Shown here: positions 28,401-60,573 of the stretch, piece after piece
Layout of the letters: each line of letters begins with the position of its first letter
How positions within the stretch are numbered: position 1 is the first letter of the stretch
NCBI GenBank assembly: GCA_951406725.2
Contig: OX597817.1
Coordinates: 166,966,001-167,030,000 of the forward strand
Direction of reading: 5' to 3'
Length of the DNA: 64,000 bases
From: Octopus vulgaris
Lineage: Eukaryota
Made by a program: the position numbers and the translations under genes
Notes under the pieces: generated by a model
The model's database searches: none
The model's input: only the letters and a program-made list of their open reading frames with translations
What the model was told of the DNA's origin: nothing

Positions 28401-31400
28401 TTTCAGACATTTTCAACGTTTATCATGAAACATTTTTATCAAACATTTTCATCAGACATTATCGTCAAACATTTTTATCATATCAAACATTTTCATCAAA
28501 CATTTTCATCAGACAATTTTTATCAAACATTTTTATCAAACATTCATCATGAAACATTTTCATGAAACATTTTCATCAAACATTTTTCATCAGACATTTT
28601 TATCAAACATTTGTCATCAAATATTTTCACCAAAAATTTTCATCAAAAATTTTCATCAAACATTTTCAGACATTTTCATCAAACATTTTCATCAAACATT
28701 TTCATCAAACATATACATCAATCATTTTCATCAAACATTTTCAAATATCTCCATCAAACATTCTCCTCAAACAATTTCATCAAACATTTTTCATCAAACA
28801 TTTATCATCAAACATTTTCATCAGACATTTTCATCAGGCATTTTCATCAAATATTTTTCATCAAAAATTTATCATGAAACAATTTCATCAAACATTTTCA
28901 TCAAACATTTTCATCAAACATTATCAAACATTTTTCATCAAACATTTATCATCAAACATCGTCATCAAATATTTCAATCAAACATGTTCATCAAATATTT
29001 TCATTTAACAATTTCGTCATTTTCATAAACAATTTCATCAAACATTTTAATCAAACAATTTCATCATTTTCATCAAACATTTTCAAATATTTTCATCAAA
29101 CATTCTCCTCAAACAATTTTATCAAATATTTTCATCAAACATTTTCATCAAACAATTTCATCAAACATTTTCATGAAACATTTTCATCAAACATTTTTCA
29201 TCAAACATTTTTATCAAACATTCATCATGAAACATTTTCATCAATCGTTTTCATCAAACATTTTCAGACTTTTTCATCAAACATTTTCATCAAACATTTT
29301 CATCAGACATTTTCATCAAACATTTTCATCAGACATTTTTATCAAACATTTATCATGAAATATTTTCATCAAAAATTTTCATCAAACATTTTCATCAAAC
29401 ATTTTCAGACATTTTCATCAAATATTTTCATCAGACATTTTCAGAAATTTTCATCAAACATTTATCATGAAACATTTTCATCAAACATTTCCATCAAACA
29501 TTTTCATCAGACATTTTCATCAGACATTTTTTTCAAACATTTTCACACAATTTCATCAGACATTTTCATCAAACATATTCATCAATCATTTTCATCAAAC
29601 ATTTTTTCAGACATTTTCAACGTTTATCATGAAACATTTTTATCAAACATTTTGATCAGACATTATCATCAAACATTTTCATCAAACATTTTTATCATAT
29701 CAAACATTTTCATCAAACATTTTCATCAGACAATTTTTATCAAACATTTTTATCAAACATTCATCATGAAACATTTTCATTAAACATTTTCATCAAACAT
29801 TTTCATCAGACATTTTCATCAAACATTTTTCATCAAACATTTTCAAACATTTTCATCAGACATTTTCATCAAACATTTTATATCAAACATTTTCGTCAAA
29901 CATTTTCATCAGACATTTTCATCAAATAATTTCATCAAGCATATTCATCAATCATTTTCATCAAACATTTTCATCAAACATGTTCATCAAACATTTTTTA
30001 TCGAACATTTTCATCAAACATTTAACATGAAACATTTTCATCAAACATTTTCATCAAACATTTTCAGACATCTTCATCAAACCTTTTTTCAAACAATTTC
30101 ATCAAACATTTTTCATCAAACATTTATCATCAAACATTTTTCATCAAACATTTTTCATCAAATGAAACATTTTCATCAAACATTTTCATCAAACAGACAT
30201 TTTCATCATCAAACATTTTTATCAAAACATTCATCATGAAACATTTTCATGAAACAATCAAACATCAGCATTTTCATCAAAAACATTTTCATCAAACATT
30301 TTCAAACATTTTATCGAACATTTTCATCAAACATTTTTTTCATCAAACATTTTCATCAAACATTTTCAGACATTTTCATCAAACATTTTCATCAAACATT
30401 TTCATCAGAACATTTTCATCAAACATTTTTCATCAGACATTTTTATCAAACATTTATCATGAAATATTTTCATCAAAAATTTTCATCAAACATTTTCATC
30501 AGACATTTTCATCAAACATTTATCATGAAACATTTGCATCAAACATTTCCATCAAACATTTTCAAATATTTCCATAAAAAATTTTCCTCAAACAATTTCT
30601 TGAAACATTTTCATCAAACATTTTCATCAAACATTTTCATTAAACATTTTCATCAAACATTTTTCATCAAACATTTATCATCAAACATTGTCATCAAATA
30701 TTTTAATCAAACATGTTCATCAAACATTTTCATTAAACATTTTCATCAAACATTTTCATCAAACATTTCATCAAATATTTTCATCAAACATTTTCATCAG
30801 ACATTTTCATTAAACATTTTCATCAAACATTTTCATCAAACATTTTCATCAAACATTTTCATCAAACATTTCATCAAACATTTTCATCAAATATTTTCAT
30901 CAAACATTTTCAGCAACCAATTTCATCATTTTCATCAAACAATTTCAACAAACATTTTAATCAAACAATTTCATCAAACATTTTCATCAAACATTTTCAT
31001 CAGACATTTTCATCAAACATTTTCATCAAACATTTTCATCAAAAATTTCATCAAACATTTTCATCAAACATTTCATCAAAATTTTATCAACATTTTCATC
31101 ATTTTCACATCAAACCAATTTCATCATACATTTTCATCAAACATTTCATCACACATTTTCATCAAACATTTTCAAATTTTTCATCAAACATTCTCCTCAA
31201 ACAATTTATTCAAACATTTTCATCCAAACATTTCATCGAACATTTTAAATAAGACATTTTCATCAAACATTTTCATCAGACATTTTTATCAGACATTTTC
31301 ATCAAACATTTTCACAAATTTTCATCAAACATTTAACATGAAACATTTTCATCAAACATTTTCATCAAACATTTTCATCAAACATTTTCAGACATTTTCA

Positions 31401-34400
31401 TCAAACATTTTTTCAAACATTTTCATCTGACATTTTTTATCAAACATTTTTATCAAACATTCATCATGAAACATTTTCATGAAACATTTTCATCAAACAT
31501 TTTTCATCAAACATTTTTATCAAACATTTATCATGAAATATTTTCATCAATCGGTTTTCATCAAACATTTTCATCAAACATTTTCAGACATTTTCATCAA
31601 ACATTTTTATCAAATATTTTCATCAGTCATTTTCATCAAACATTTTCATCAAACATTTTTCATCAGACATTTTCATCAAACATTTTTCATCAGACATATT
31701 TATCAAACATTTACCATGAAATATTTTCATCAAACATTTCCATTTTAACATTTTCATCAGACATTTTCATCAGACATTTTTATGAAACATTTTCAGACAT
31801 TTTCATCAGACATTTTCATCAAACATTTTCATCAAACATATTCATCAATCATTTTCATCAGACATTTTTTCACACATTTTCAACCTTTATCATGAAACAT
31901 TTTTATCAAATATTTTCATCAGACATTATCATCAAACATTTTCATCAAACATTTTCATCATATCAAACATTTTCATGAAACATTTTCACCAATCATTTTC
32001 AGACATTTTCATCAAACATTTTTATCAAACATTTTCATCAAAGTCATTATCATCAAACATTTTCATCAAACATTTTCATCATATCAAACATTTTCATCAA
32101 ACATTTTCACCAAACATTTTCAGACATTTTTATCAAACATTTTCATCAGACATTTTCAGAAATTTTCATCAAACATTTATCATGAAATATTTTCATCAAA
32201 CATTTCCATCAAACATTTTCATCAGACATTTTTATGAAACATTTTCAGACATTTTCATCAGACATTTTCATCAAACATTTTCATCAAACATATTCATCAA
32301 TCATTTTCATCAAACATTTTTTCACACATTTTCAACCTTTATCATGAAACATTTTTATCAAACATTTTCATCAGACATTATCATCAAACATTTTCATCAA
32401 ACATTTTCATCATATCAAACATTTTCATGAAACATTTTCACCAAACATTTTCAGACATTTTCATCAAACATTTTTATCAAACATTTTCATCAGTCATTAT
32501 CATCAAACATTTTCATGAAACATTTTCATCATATCAAACATTTTCATCAAACATTTTCACCAAACATTTTCAGACATTTTATCAAACATTTTCATCAGAC
32601 ATTTTCAGAAATTTTCATCAAACATTTATCATGAAATATTTTCATCAAACATTTCCATCAAACATTTTCATCAGACATTTTTATGAAACATTTTCAGACA
32701 TTTTCAGAAATTTTCATCAAACCTTTATCATGAAACATTTTTATCAAACATTTTCATCAGACATTATCATCAAACATTTTCATCAAACATTTTCATCATA
32801 TCAAACATTTTCATGAAACATTTTCATCAGACAATTACATCAAACATTTTCATCAAACATTTTCATCAAACATTTTAATCACACATTTTCATCATTTTCA
32901 TCAAATATTTTCATCAAACATTTTCATCAAACATTTTCATCAACCAATTTCACCAAACATTTTCATCAAACATTTTCATCACACATTTTCATCAAGCATT
33001 TTCAAATTTTTTCATCAAACATTCTCCTCAAACAATTTATTCAAACATTTTCATCAAACATTTTCATCAAACATTTTAAATAAGACATTTTCATCAAACA
33101 TTTTCAACAGACATTTTTATCAGACATTTTCATAAAACATTTTCACACATTTCCATCAAACATTTTTCATCAAACATTTTCATCAAACATTTTCATCAGA
33201 CATTTTCATCAAACATTTTTCAAACATTTTCAAACATTTTCATCAGACATTTTCATCAAACATTTTTCATCAAACATTTTCATCAAACATTTTCATCAGA
33301 CATTTTCATCAAATAATTTCATCAAGCATATTCATCAATCATTTTCATCAAACATTTTTTCACACATTTTCAACCTTTATCATGAAACATTTTTATCAAA
33401 CATTTTCATCAGACATTATCATCAAACATTTTCATCAAACATTTTCATCATATCAAACATTTTCATGAAACATTTTCATCAGACAATTTCATCAAACATT
33501 TTCATCAAACATTTTAATCACACATTTTCATCATTTTCATCAAATATTTTCATCAAACATTTTCATCAAACATTTTCATCAACCAATTTCATCAAACATT
33601 TTCATCAAACATTTTCATCACACATTTTCATCAAGCATTTTCAAATTTTTTCATCAAACATTCTTTTCAAACAATTTATTCAAACATTTTCATCCAACCT
33701 TTTCATTAAACATTTTAAATAAGACATTTTCATCAAACATTTTCATCAGACATTTTCATCAGACATTTTCATCAAACATTTTCACACATTTTCATCAAAC
33801 ATTTTTCATCAAACATTTTCATCAAACATTTTTCATCAAACATTTTCATCAAACATTTTCATCAGACATTTTCATCAAATTATTTCATCAATCATATTCA
33901 TCAATCATTTTCATCAAGCATTTTCATCAAACATGTTCATCAAACATTTTTTATCGAACAGTTTTATCAAACATTTGACATGAAACATTTTCATCAAACA
34001 TTTTCATCAAACATTTTCAGACATTTTCATCAAACTTTTTTCAAACATTTTCATCTGACATTTTCATCAAACATTTTCATCAAACATTTTTATCAAACAT
34101 TCATCATGAAACATTTTCATGAAACATTTTCATCAAACATTTTTCATCAAACATTTTTATCAAACATTCATCATGAAACATTTTCATCAATCGTTTTCAT
34201 CAAACATTTTCACCAAACATTTTCAGACATTTTCATCAAACATTTTTATCAAACATTTTCATTAGTCATTTTCATCAAACATTTTCATCAAACATTTTTC
34301 ATCAGACATTTTCATCAAACATTTTTCATCAGACATTTTTATCAAACATTTATCATGAAATATTTTCATCAAAAATTTTCATCAAACATTTTCAGACATT

Positions 34401-36550
34401 TTCATCAAACATTTATCATGAAACATTTGCATCAAACATTTCCATCAAACATTTTCAAATATTTCCATAAAAAATTTTCCTCAAACAATTTCTTGAAACA
34501 TTTTCATCAACATTTTCATCAAACCTTTTCATTAAACATTTTCATCAAACATTTTTCATCAAACATTTATCATCAAACATTGTCATCAAATATTTTAATC
34601 AAACATGTTCATCAAACATTTTCATTAAACATTTTCATCAAATATATTTCATCAAATATTTTCATCAAACATTTTCATCAGACATTTTCATTAAACATTT
34701 TCATCAAACATTTTCATCAGACATTTTCATCAAACATTTTCATCAAACAATTTCATCAAACATTTTCATCAAATATTTTCATCAAACATTTTCAGCAACC
34801 AATTTCATCATTTTTATCAAACAATTTCATCAAACATTTTAATCAAACAATTTCATCAAAAATTTTCATCAAATATTTTCATCAGACATTTTCATCATTT
34901 TCATCAAATATTTTCATCAAACATTTTCATCAAACATTTTCATCAACCAATTTCATCATACATTTTCATCAAACATTATCATCACACATTTTCATCAAGC
35001 ATTTTCAAATTTTTTTCATCAAACATTCTCCTCAAACAATTTATTCAAACATTTTCATCCAACCTTTTCATCGAACACTTTAAATAAGACATTTTCATCA
35101 AACATTTTCATCAGACATTTTTATCAGACATTTTCATCAAACATTTTCACAAATTTTCATCAAACATTTTTCATCAAACATTTCCATCAGACATTTTCAT
35201 CAAACATTTTTCATCAAACATTTTCATCAAACATTTTCATCAGACATTTTCATCAAATAATTTCATCAAGCATATTCATCAATCATTTTCATCAAACATT
35301 TTCATGTTCATCAAACATTTTTTATCGAACATTTTCATCAAACATTTAACATGAAACATTTTCATCAAACATTTTCATCAAACATTTTCATCAAACATTT
35401 TCAGACATTTTCATCAAACTTTTTTTCAAACATTTTCATCTGACATTTTTTATCAAACATTTTTATCAAACATTCATCATGAAACATTTTCATGAAACAT
35501 TTTCATCAAACATTTTTCATCAAACATTTTTATCAAACATTCATCATGAAATATTTTCATCAATCGTTTTCATCAAACATTTTCACCAAACATTTTCAGA
35601 CATTTTCATCAAACATTTTTATCAAACATTTTCATCAGTCATTTTCATCAAACATTTTCATCAAACATTTTTCATCAGACATTTTCATCAAACATTTTTC
35701 ATCAGACATATTTATCAAACATTTACCATGAAATATTTTCATCAAACATTTCCATCAAACATTTTCATCAGACATTTTCATCAGACATTTTTATGAAACA
35801 TTTTCAGACATTTTCATCAGACATTTTCATCAAACATTTTCATCAAACATATTCATCAATCATTTTCATCAAACATTTTTTCACACATTTTCAACCTTTA
35901 TCATGAAACATTTTCATCAGACAATTACATCAAACATTTTCATCAAACATTTTCATCAAACATTTTAATCACACATTTTCATTTTCATCAAATATTTTCA
36001 TCAAACATTTTCATCAAATATTTTCATGAAACATTTTTATCATATCAAACATTTTCATCAAACATTTTCATCAGACATTTTCATCAAACATTTTCAGACA
36101 TTTTTATCAAACATTTTCATCAGACATTTTCATCAAACATTTTCATCAAACATTTTTTTGAGACATTTTCATGAAACATTTATCTTGAAACATTTTTATC
36201 AAACATTTTCATCAGACATTATCATCAAACATTTTTATCAAACATTTTCATCAAACATTTTCATCAAACATTTTTCATCAATTATTTTCATCAAACATTT
36301 TCATGAACTATTTTCATCAAACATTCTCCTGAAACAATTTCATCAAACATTTTTCATCCAACATTTATCAGACATTTTCATGAAACATTTTTCATCAAAC
36401 ATTTTCATCAAACATTTTCATCAAACATTTTCATCAAACATTTTCTTAAAATATTTTCATCAAACATTTTCATCAAACATTTTTATCAAACCTTTTTATC
36501 AAACATTTTCATCAAACCTTTTCATCAATCATTTTCATCAAACATTTTTC
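7485..36550 (+). repeat. ~29-kb satellite array, 13-bp monomer CATCAAACATTTT with higher-order repeats
   Basis: Continuous tandem array of the 13-mer and 10/14-bp variants; + strand almost lacks G. Near-identical translated blocks recur at offsets 663 (9769/10432), 855 (7942/8797) and ~4020-4045 (8498/12542, 8797/12841, 9769/13800, 11145/15164). Confidence 0.97.
20168..20267. other. Assembly gap (100 N) inside the satellite
   Basis: Run of exactly 100 N, a typical placeholder of unknown true size. Confidence 0.99.
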
Positions 36551-36828
36551 AGCTGTATTAAACGCGGATGTACAGTACATTAAATCAGCTAATGAAATGG
36601 CAAAAGGAGGGTACTGCAGATCTAATCTCAAACGTCTGGGGAATGATTGTTCCAAGGACCGTCGTCTGTTTCATAGAAACTCATTAAGTTTTGGATTTAG
36701 CAACTTCAATCATTGTACTACGTAGTGATCCTTTTGTTATCCCTCCTAATGTTGGATGGCGTGTGTCTATGATATTTAATGTAAATTACTGACGAGACAG
36801 CAGCATTAACTTTTCATAATAAAACTTA

Positions 36829-37196
36829 CTAGCAGTATCGTCCGGCGTTGCTCGGGTTTGTTTCGACCGTTTAGAATTGGAATTTTTGAAAAACAAAAAT
36901 TTTGCATTAAGTGAACATTTTTCTGGCTGAAATACACCGAAAAATGGTGACACAGCAGTCAAAATATCGTAAAAAATAGGGATTTTCATAGAAAAAAAAG
37001 CACCTTTTTGATGTAAATAATTTTTGGTGTTAACATGGTCCGATTTGAATTTTTCTTCTACGGAAGGGAGAGCAAGCCTTCTATCATACTCTCAATTTTG
37101 GTTAACTTGCGCGGCAGGCTCTCGGAGGAGATAGTGTTAGTTGAAGGCTACCAAACCTGACATACGCAGACAACTTCAGCTTTATATATAGAGAGA
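36829..37196 (-). mobile_element. Complete 368-bp non-autonomous Helitron
   Basis: Minus strand: host A | TCTCTCTATATATAAAGC ... CCCGAGCAACGCCGGACGATACTG CTAG | host T. 5'-TC, GC-rich subterminal hairpin-like motif, 3'-CTAG, AT target, no TSD. Confidence 0.9.
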
Positions 37197-37518
37197 TTAT
37201 GGTTTATTACCTATTACTACGTTCGTAAATTAATTAAATAAATTGTTTTAGTTACATAACACAGTTGCAGTCGTCTGTCACGTTTACTACATGACCTCAC
37301 TGAAAAGAGTAACAAAGGGATGATGATGAGAATTTATTAATTTTCATCAGCAATTGAATAATCTGTATTTTATAGACACAGTGAAATTGCATTTATAACA
37401 ACTGTTGTTAAGCTTCCCATATGCGTATCTACTAAACTGACGTGAATATTAGGTACATTTTCAGTTGTTCTGTATGTAAAGTATCAACGTGTCTGTAGTG
37501 TTTGTATTTCGTTGTTGT

Positions 37519-37672
37519 ATGGTAAGTAGCTTGCTTATGAACCACGTGGTTCCGGGTTCATTTCCACTCCGTGGCACCTTGGGCAAGTGTCTTCTACTAT
37601 AGCCTCGGGCCGACCAAAGCCTTGTGAGTGGATTTGGTAGACGGAAACTGAAAGAAGCCCGTCGTATATATG

Positions 37673-37724
<52 letters not shown>

Positions 37725-37956
37725 CGCGTGTGTGTGTGTGTGTGTGTGTGTCTATGTTTGTTCCCCAGCATCGCTTGACAACCGATGCTTGTGTGTATAC
37801 GTCCCGTAACTTAGCGGTTCGGCAAAAGAGACCGATAGAATAAGTACCAGGCTTCCAAAGAATAAGTCCTGTGGTCGATTTGCTCGACTAAAGGCTGTGC
37901 TCCAGCATGGCCACAGTCAAGTGACTGAAACAAGTAAAAGTGTAAAAGAGTAAAAG
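37519..37956 (+). repeat. SINE family A (tRNA-derived, internal (TA)n/(TG)n), 5'-worn copy
   Basis: GGTAAGTAGCTTGC...GGTTCCGGGTTCA...GGAAACTGAAAGAAGCCCGTCG-(TA/TG)n-...GCTCCAGCATGGCC...GACTGAAACAAGTAAAAG; about ten copies in the window. Confidence 0.88.
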
Positions 37957-38051
37957 CTAGGGTGGGTGATACCCAAATACTTTTAGTCATTACTGCGTTC
38001 ATAAAATAATTAGGTAATTATTATTGGAATGCTGATGAAGATTAACAAATA

Positions 38052-38216
38052 GGCGCAGGAGTGGCTGTGTGGTAAGTAGCTTGTTTACCAACCACATGGA
38101 TCCGGGTTCAGTCCCACTGCGTGGCACCTTGGGCAAGTGTCTTCTACTATAGCCTCGGGCCGACCAAAGCCTTGTGAGTGGATTTGGTAGACGGAAACTG
38201 AAAGAAGCCCGTCGTA

Positions 38217-38258
<42 letters not shown>

Positions 38259-38489
38259 TGTGTGTGTTTGTGTGTCTGTGTTTGTTCCCCTAGCATTGCT
38301 TGACAACCGATGCTGGTGTGTTTACGTCCCCGTTACTTAGCGGTTCGGCAAAACAGACCGATAGAATAAGTACTGGGCTTACAAAAATGAATAAGTCCCA
38401 GGGTCGAGTTGTTCGATTAAAGGCGGTGCTCCAGCATGGCCGCAGTGAAATGACTGAAACAAATAAAAGAGTCAAAGAGTCAAATGAGT
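38052..38489 (+). repeat. SINE family A, full-length
   Basis: GGCGCAGGAGTGGCTGTGTGGTAAG head through the (AAAGAGT)n-like tail. Confidence 0.92.
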
Positions 38490-38511
38490 AACACTGTTTG
38501 TTTACCGAATG

Positions 38512-38726
38512 AAAGCACGTGGCCTGGCAGTTAGGGTGTTATACTCACGATCGCTAGATTGTGGATTCGATTCCCCGACCGGGCGGCGCCTTGTGTTCTT
38601 GAGCAAAACACTTGCTCCCCGCTTTTGTAAGTGAGGGATTGTTGGCCTGCTCGCCTAACCAGCGGTGTGGCTTCATGCGAAGGCTAAAACGATGCAAAGT
38701 GCATTGTGACTGGCAATATGTAACAA
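38512..38726 (+). repeat. Degenerate tRNA-derived SINE (head related to 5700/7072)
   Basis: GCACGTGGCC...GTTAGGGTGT...GATTCGATTCCCCGACCGGGCGGCGCCTTGTGTTCTTGAGCAAAACACTT. Confidence 0.6.
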
Positions 38727-39026
38727 TATGAAGGCCCACAGCTCTTCAATATCCTCCCGAAGAACCTAAGAGACCTGCATGGGGTGGATGCAGATGTCTT
38801 TAAAATGAAACTGGATCCCTTCTTGTCAGGTATCCCAGATGAACCAACTTCACGGCAGGAGGTGCAGATGAGGGCAGCTGCATCGAACTCTCTCATGCAC
38901 CAAATGGCAGTTGCTAAAAAGCATTCGTGAAGTAAAACCATGTAGCAACACCAAATGGCGGTGCCCCAGCATGGCCACAGCTCATGAGCTGAAACTAGAA
39001 TCAATCAATCAATCAATCAATCAATC
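38727..39026 (+). mobile_element. CR1-group LINE 3' end (ORF2 C-terminus, 3' UTR, (AATC)n tail)
   Basis: 38727-38930 translates YEGPQLFNILPKNLRDLHGVDADVFKMKLDPFLSGIPDEPTSRQEVQMRAAASNSLMHQMAVAKKHS*, homologous to the ORF at 63668..63991. Followed by GGCGGTGCCCCAGCATGGCCACAGCTCATGAGCTGAAAC and (AATC)n. Confidence 0.8.
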
Positions 39027-39462
39027 TGATTGTTTGAGTAGTCATGTGGTTAGGTTATTTAATAAATATGATGGACATCTACAGCTGTCTCAGGTATCTA
39101 GTAGAACTTAATTAAATTTATTTAATCAATTTGCGAGCGCAGTAGTAGTAAAATTCCTAGCGCATACACCATACTAACTATTAGCATGATATTCCAGAAA
39201 TTCTTTGAATCTACTACATACCCGTGTGTTGCTACCTGCATTTCCTACTCAGCTGAATGATAATTGCTCAGAAAAGATTGTAGATATTCGTTTTTCTCAA
39301 ATTGTGGAATTTTTTCTAAAAGCAAATGATGGGTTGTTTGAATTAATGCGTTTATGTAAAAAAAAAAAAAAAGAAATCGAGGCGTTTGGTTAACTGTAAG
39401 CCTGGAATCTTTTGTTTTTATCATAAAATGTTAACGGTTAATAAATTGACTGTTTTGAGATA

Positions 39463-39702
39463 TCTATTTCTTTATTGCCCACAAGGGGCTAAACACAGGG
39501 GGGGGGGCAAACAAGGACAGACAAACGGATTAAGTCGATTACATTGACCCTAGTGCGTAACTGGTACTTATTTTCAATCGACCCCGAAAGGATGAAAGGC
39601 AAAGTCGACCTCGGCGGAATTTGAACTCAGAACGTAACGGCAGATGAAATACGGTTACGCATTTCGCCCGGCGTGCTAACGTTTCTGCCAGCTCGCCACC
39701 CT
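39463..39702 (-). repeat. SINE family C with 13-bp TSD
   Basis: Head GGTGGCGAGCTGGCAGAAACGTTAGCACGCCGGGCG, core GAGTTCAAATTCCGCCGAGGTCGACTTTGCCTTTCATCCTTTCGGGGTCGAT. CTGTTTTGAGATA at both 39450-39462 and 39703-39715. Confidence 0.88.
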
Positions 39703-39868
39703 CTGTTTTGAGATACCACTTGTTGTTTGTTAAAGTTCATATCGTTTAACAGATGGACGTAAACTATAGCTTGAGAGATAGTGGTAACTAACTACAAGAT
39801 GATATAGCACAGAGAAAAATAACTGCAGCTCATCTGTCTACGCGGTTGAGAGAACAACAGCAACAGGT

Positions 39869-40050
39869 GGAGGTGCAATGGCCCTGTGGTTAAGGCAACG
39901 GACTCGCGGTCGTAAGGATGCGGCTTCGATTCCCAGACTGGACATTGTGAGTGTTTATTGAGCAAAAACACCTAAGCTCCACGAGGCTCCGGCGGGGGTA
40001 GTGGTGAACCACGCTGTATTCTTTCACCACAGCTTTCTCACTCTTTCTTC
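39869..40050 (+). repeat. SINE family B, 5' part
   Basis: Homologous to the head of 42324-42706 (GGAGGTGCAATGGCCC...GGACTCGCGGTCG...TTCGATTCCCAGAC). Confidence 0.8.
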
Positions 40051-40628
40051 CTACTTCTGCTACAAAGCAGAGGAACCATGGTGTAACCCACTATGGTGTG
40101 GTAAACTTTCAGACCCTAGTCTAGATTGCGAATCCTCTCTACCCCAGGATGGTTCAGCTCTCCACCCGTTAAAATCCACCGTTTACGGAATGAGGATAAC
40201 AACGTAGCTTTTGCGCCCGTGCAACCGCCAGTCTATCGCGTGTGGTGGGTGGATCTTCAAGTTGCCGCACGCATTCTTAGTAGCTTAGTGTAGGCTCGAA
40301 TTAGAGATTATTCTTTGTGGCTAATAGCGTGAGTCCTGATTGGAAGAAGAAGAAAACAACAGCAACAATAAAAACAACTTTAACTACAACACGAACAACA
40401 ACAGTATATTGTTTAACACAGTTGTCAAAACTTTCAGAGTATATTTTTTTGTGCATAAAAGCAAAATAAATGCATTGTTCATAGTTAAAAATACAGTTAA
40501 GTTATAACAATTTATTTCAATATCCAATATTTTCTGCAAAATCATGTTATAAGAGTTATTCAGAGAGAAAATAAATCATGTTTCCAAGAGGTTAATGAAG
40601 ATGGTGTCATGTTATCAGGTTCCAAATT

Positions 40629-60573
<19,945 letters not shown>

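Noticed and set aside
7485-36550. Satellite as a CRISPR array, telomere repeat, or TCF/Forkhead binding-site array
   Set aside because: No unique spacers, no G-rich telomeric strand, and ATCAAAC/TCAAACA only partly match those consensus sites.
7468-36583. Dozens of ORFs up to 393 aa with SSNIFIKHFHQTF repeats
   Set aside because: A 13-mer with no stop codon on the + strand translates to a 13-aa repeat in all three frames; frequent indels shift frames at random. Not protein-coding.
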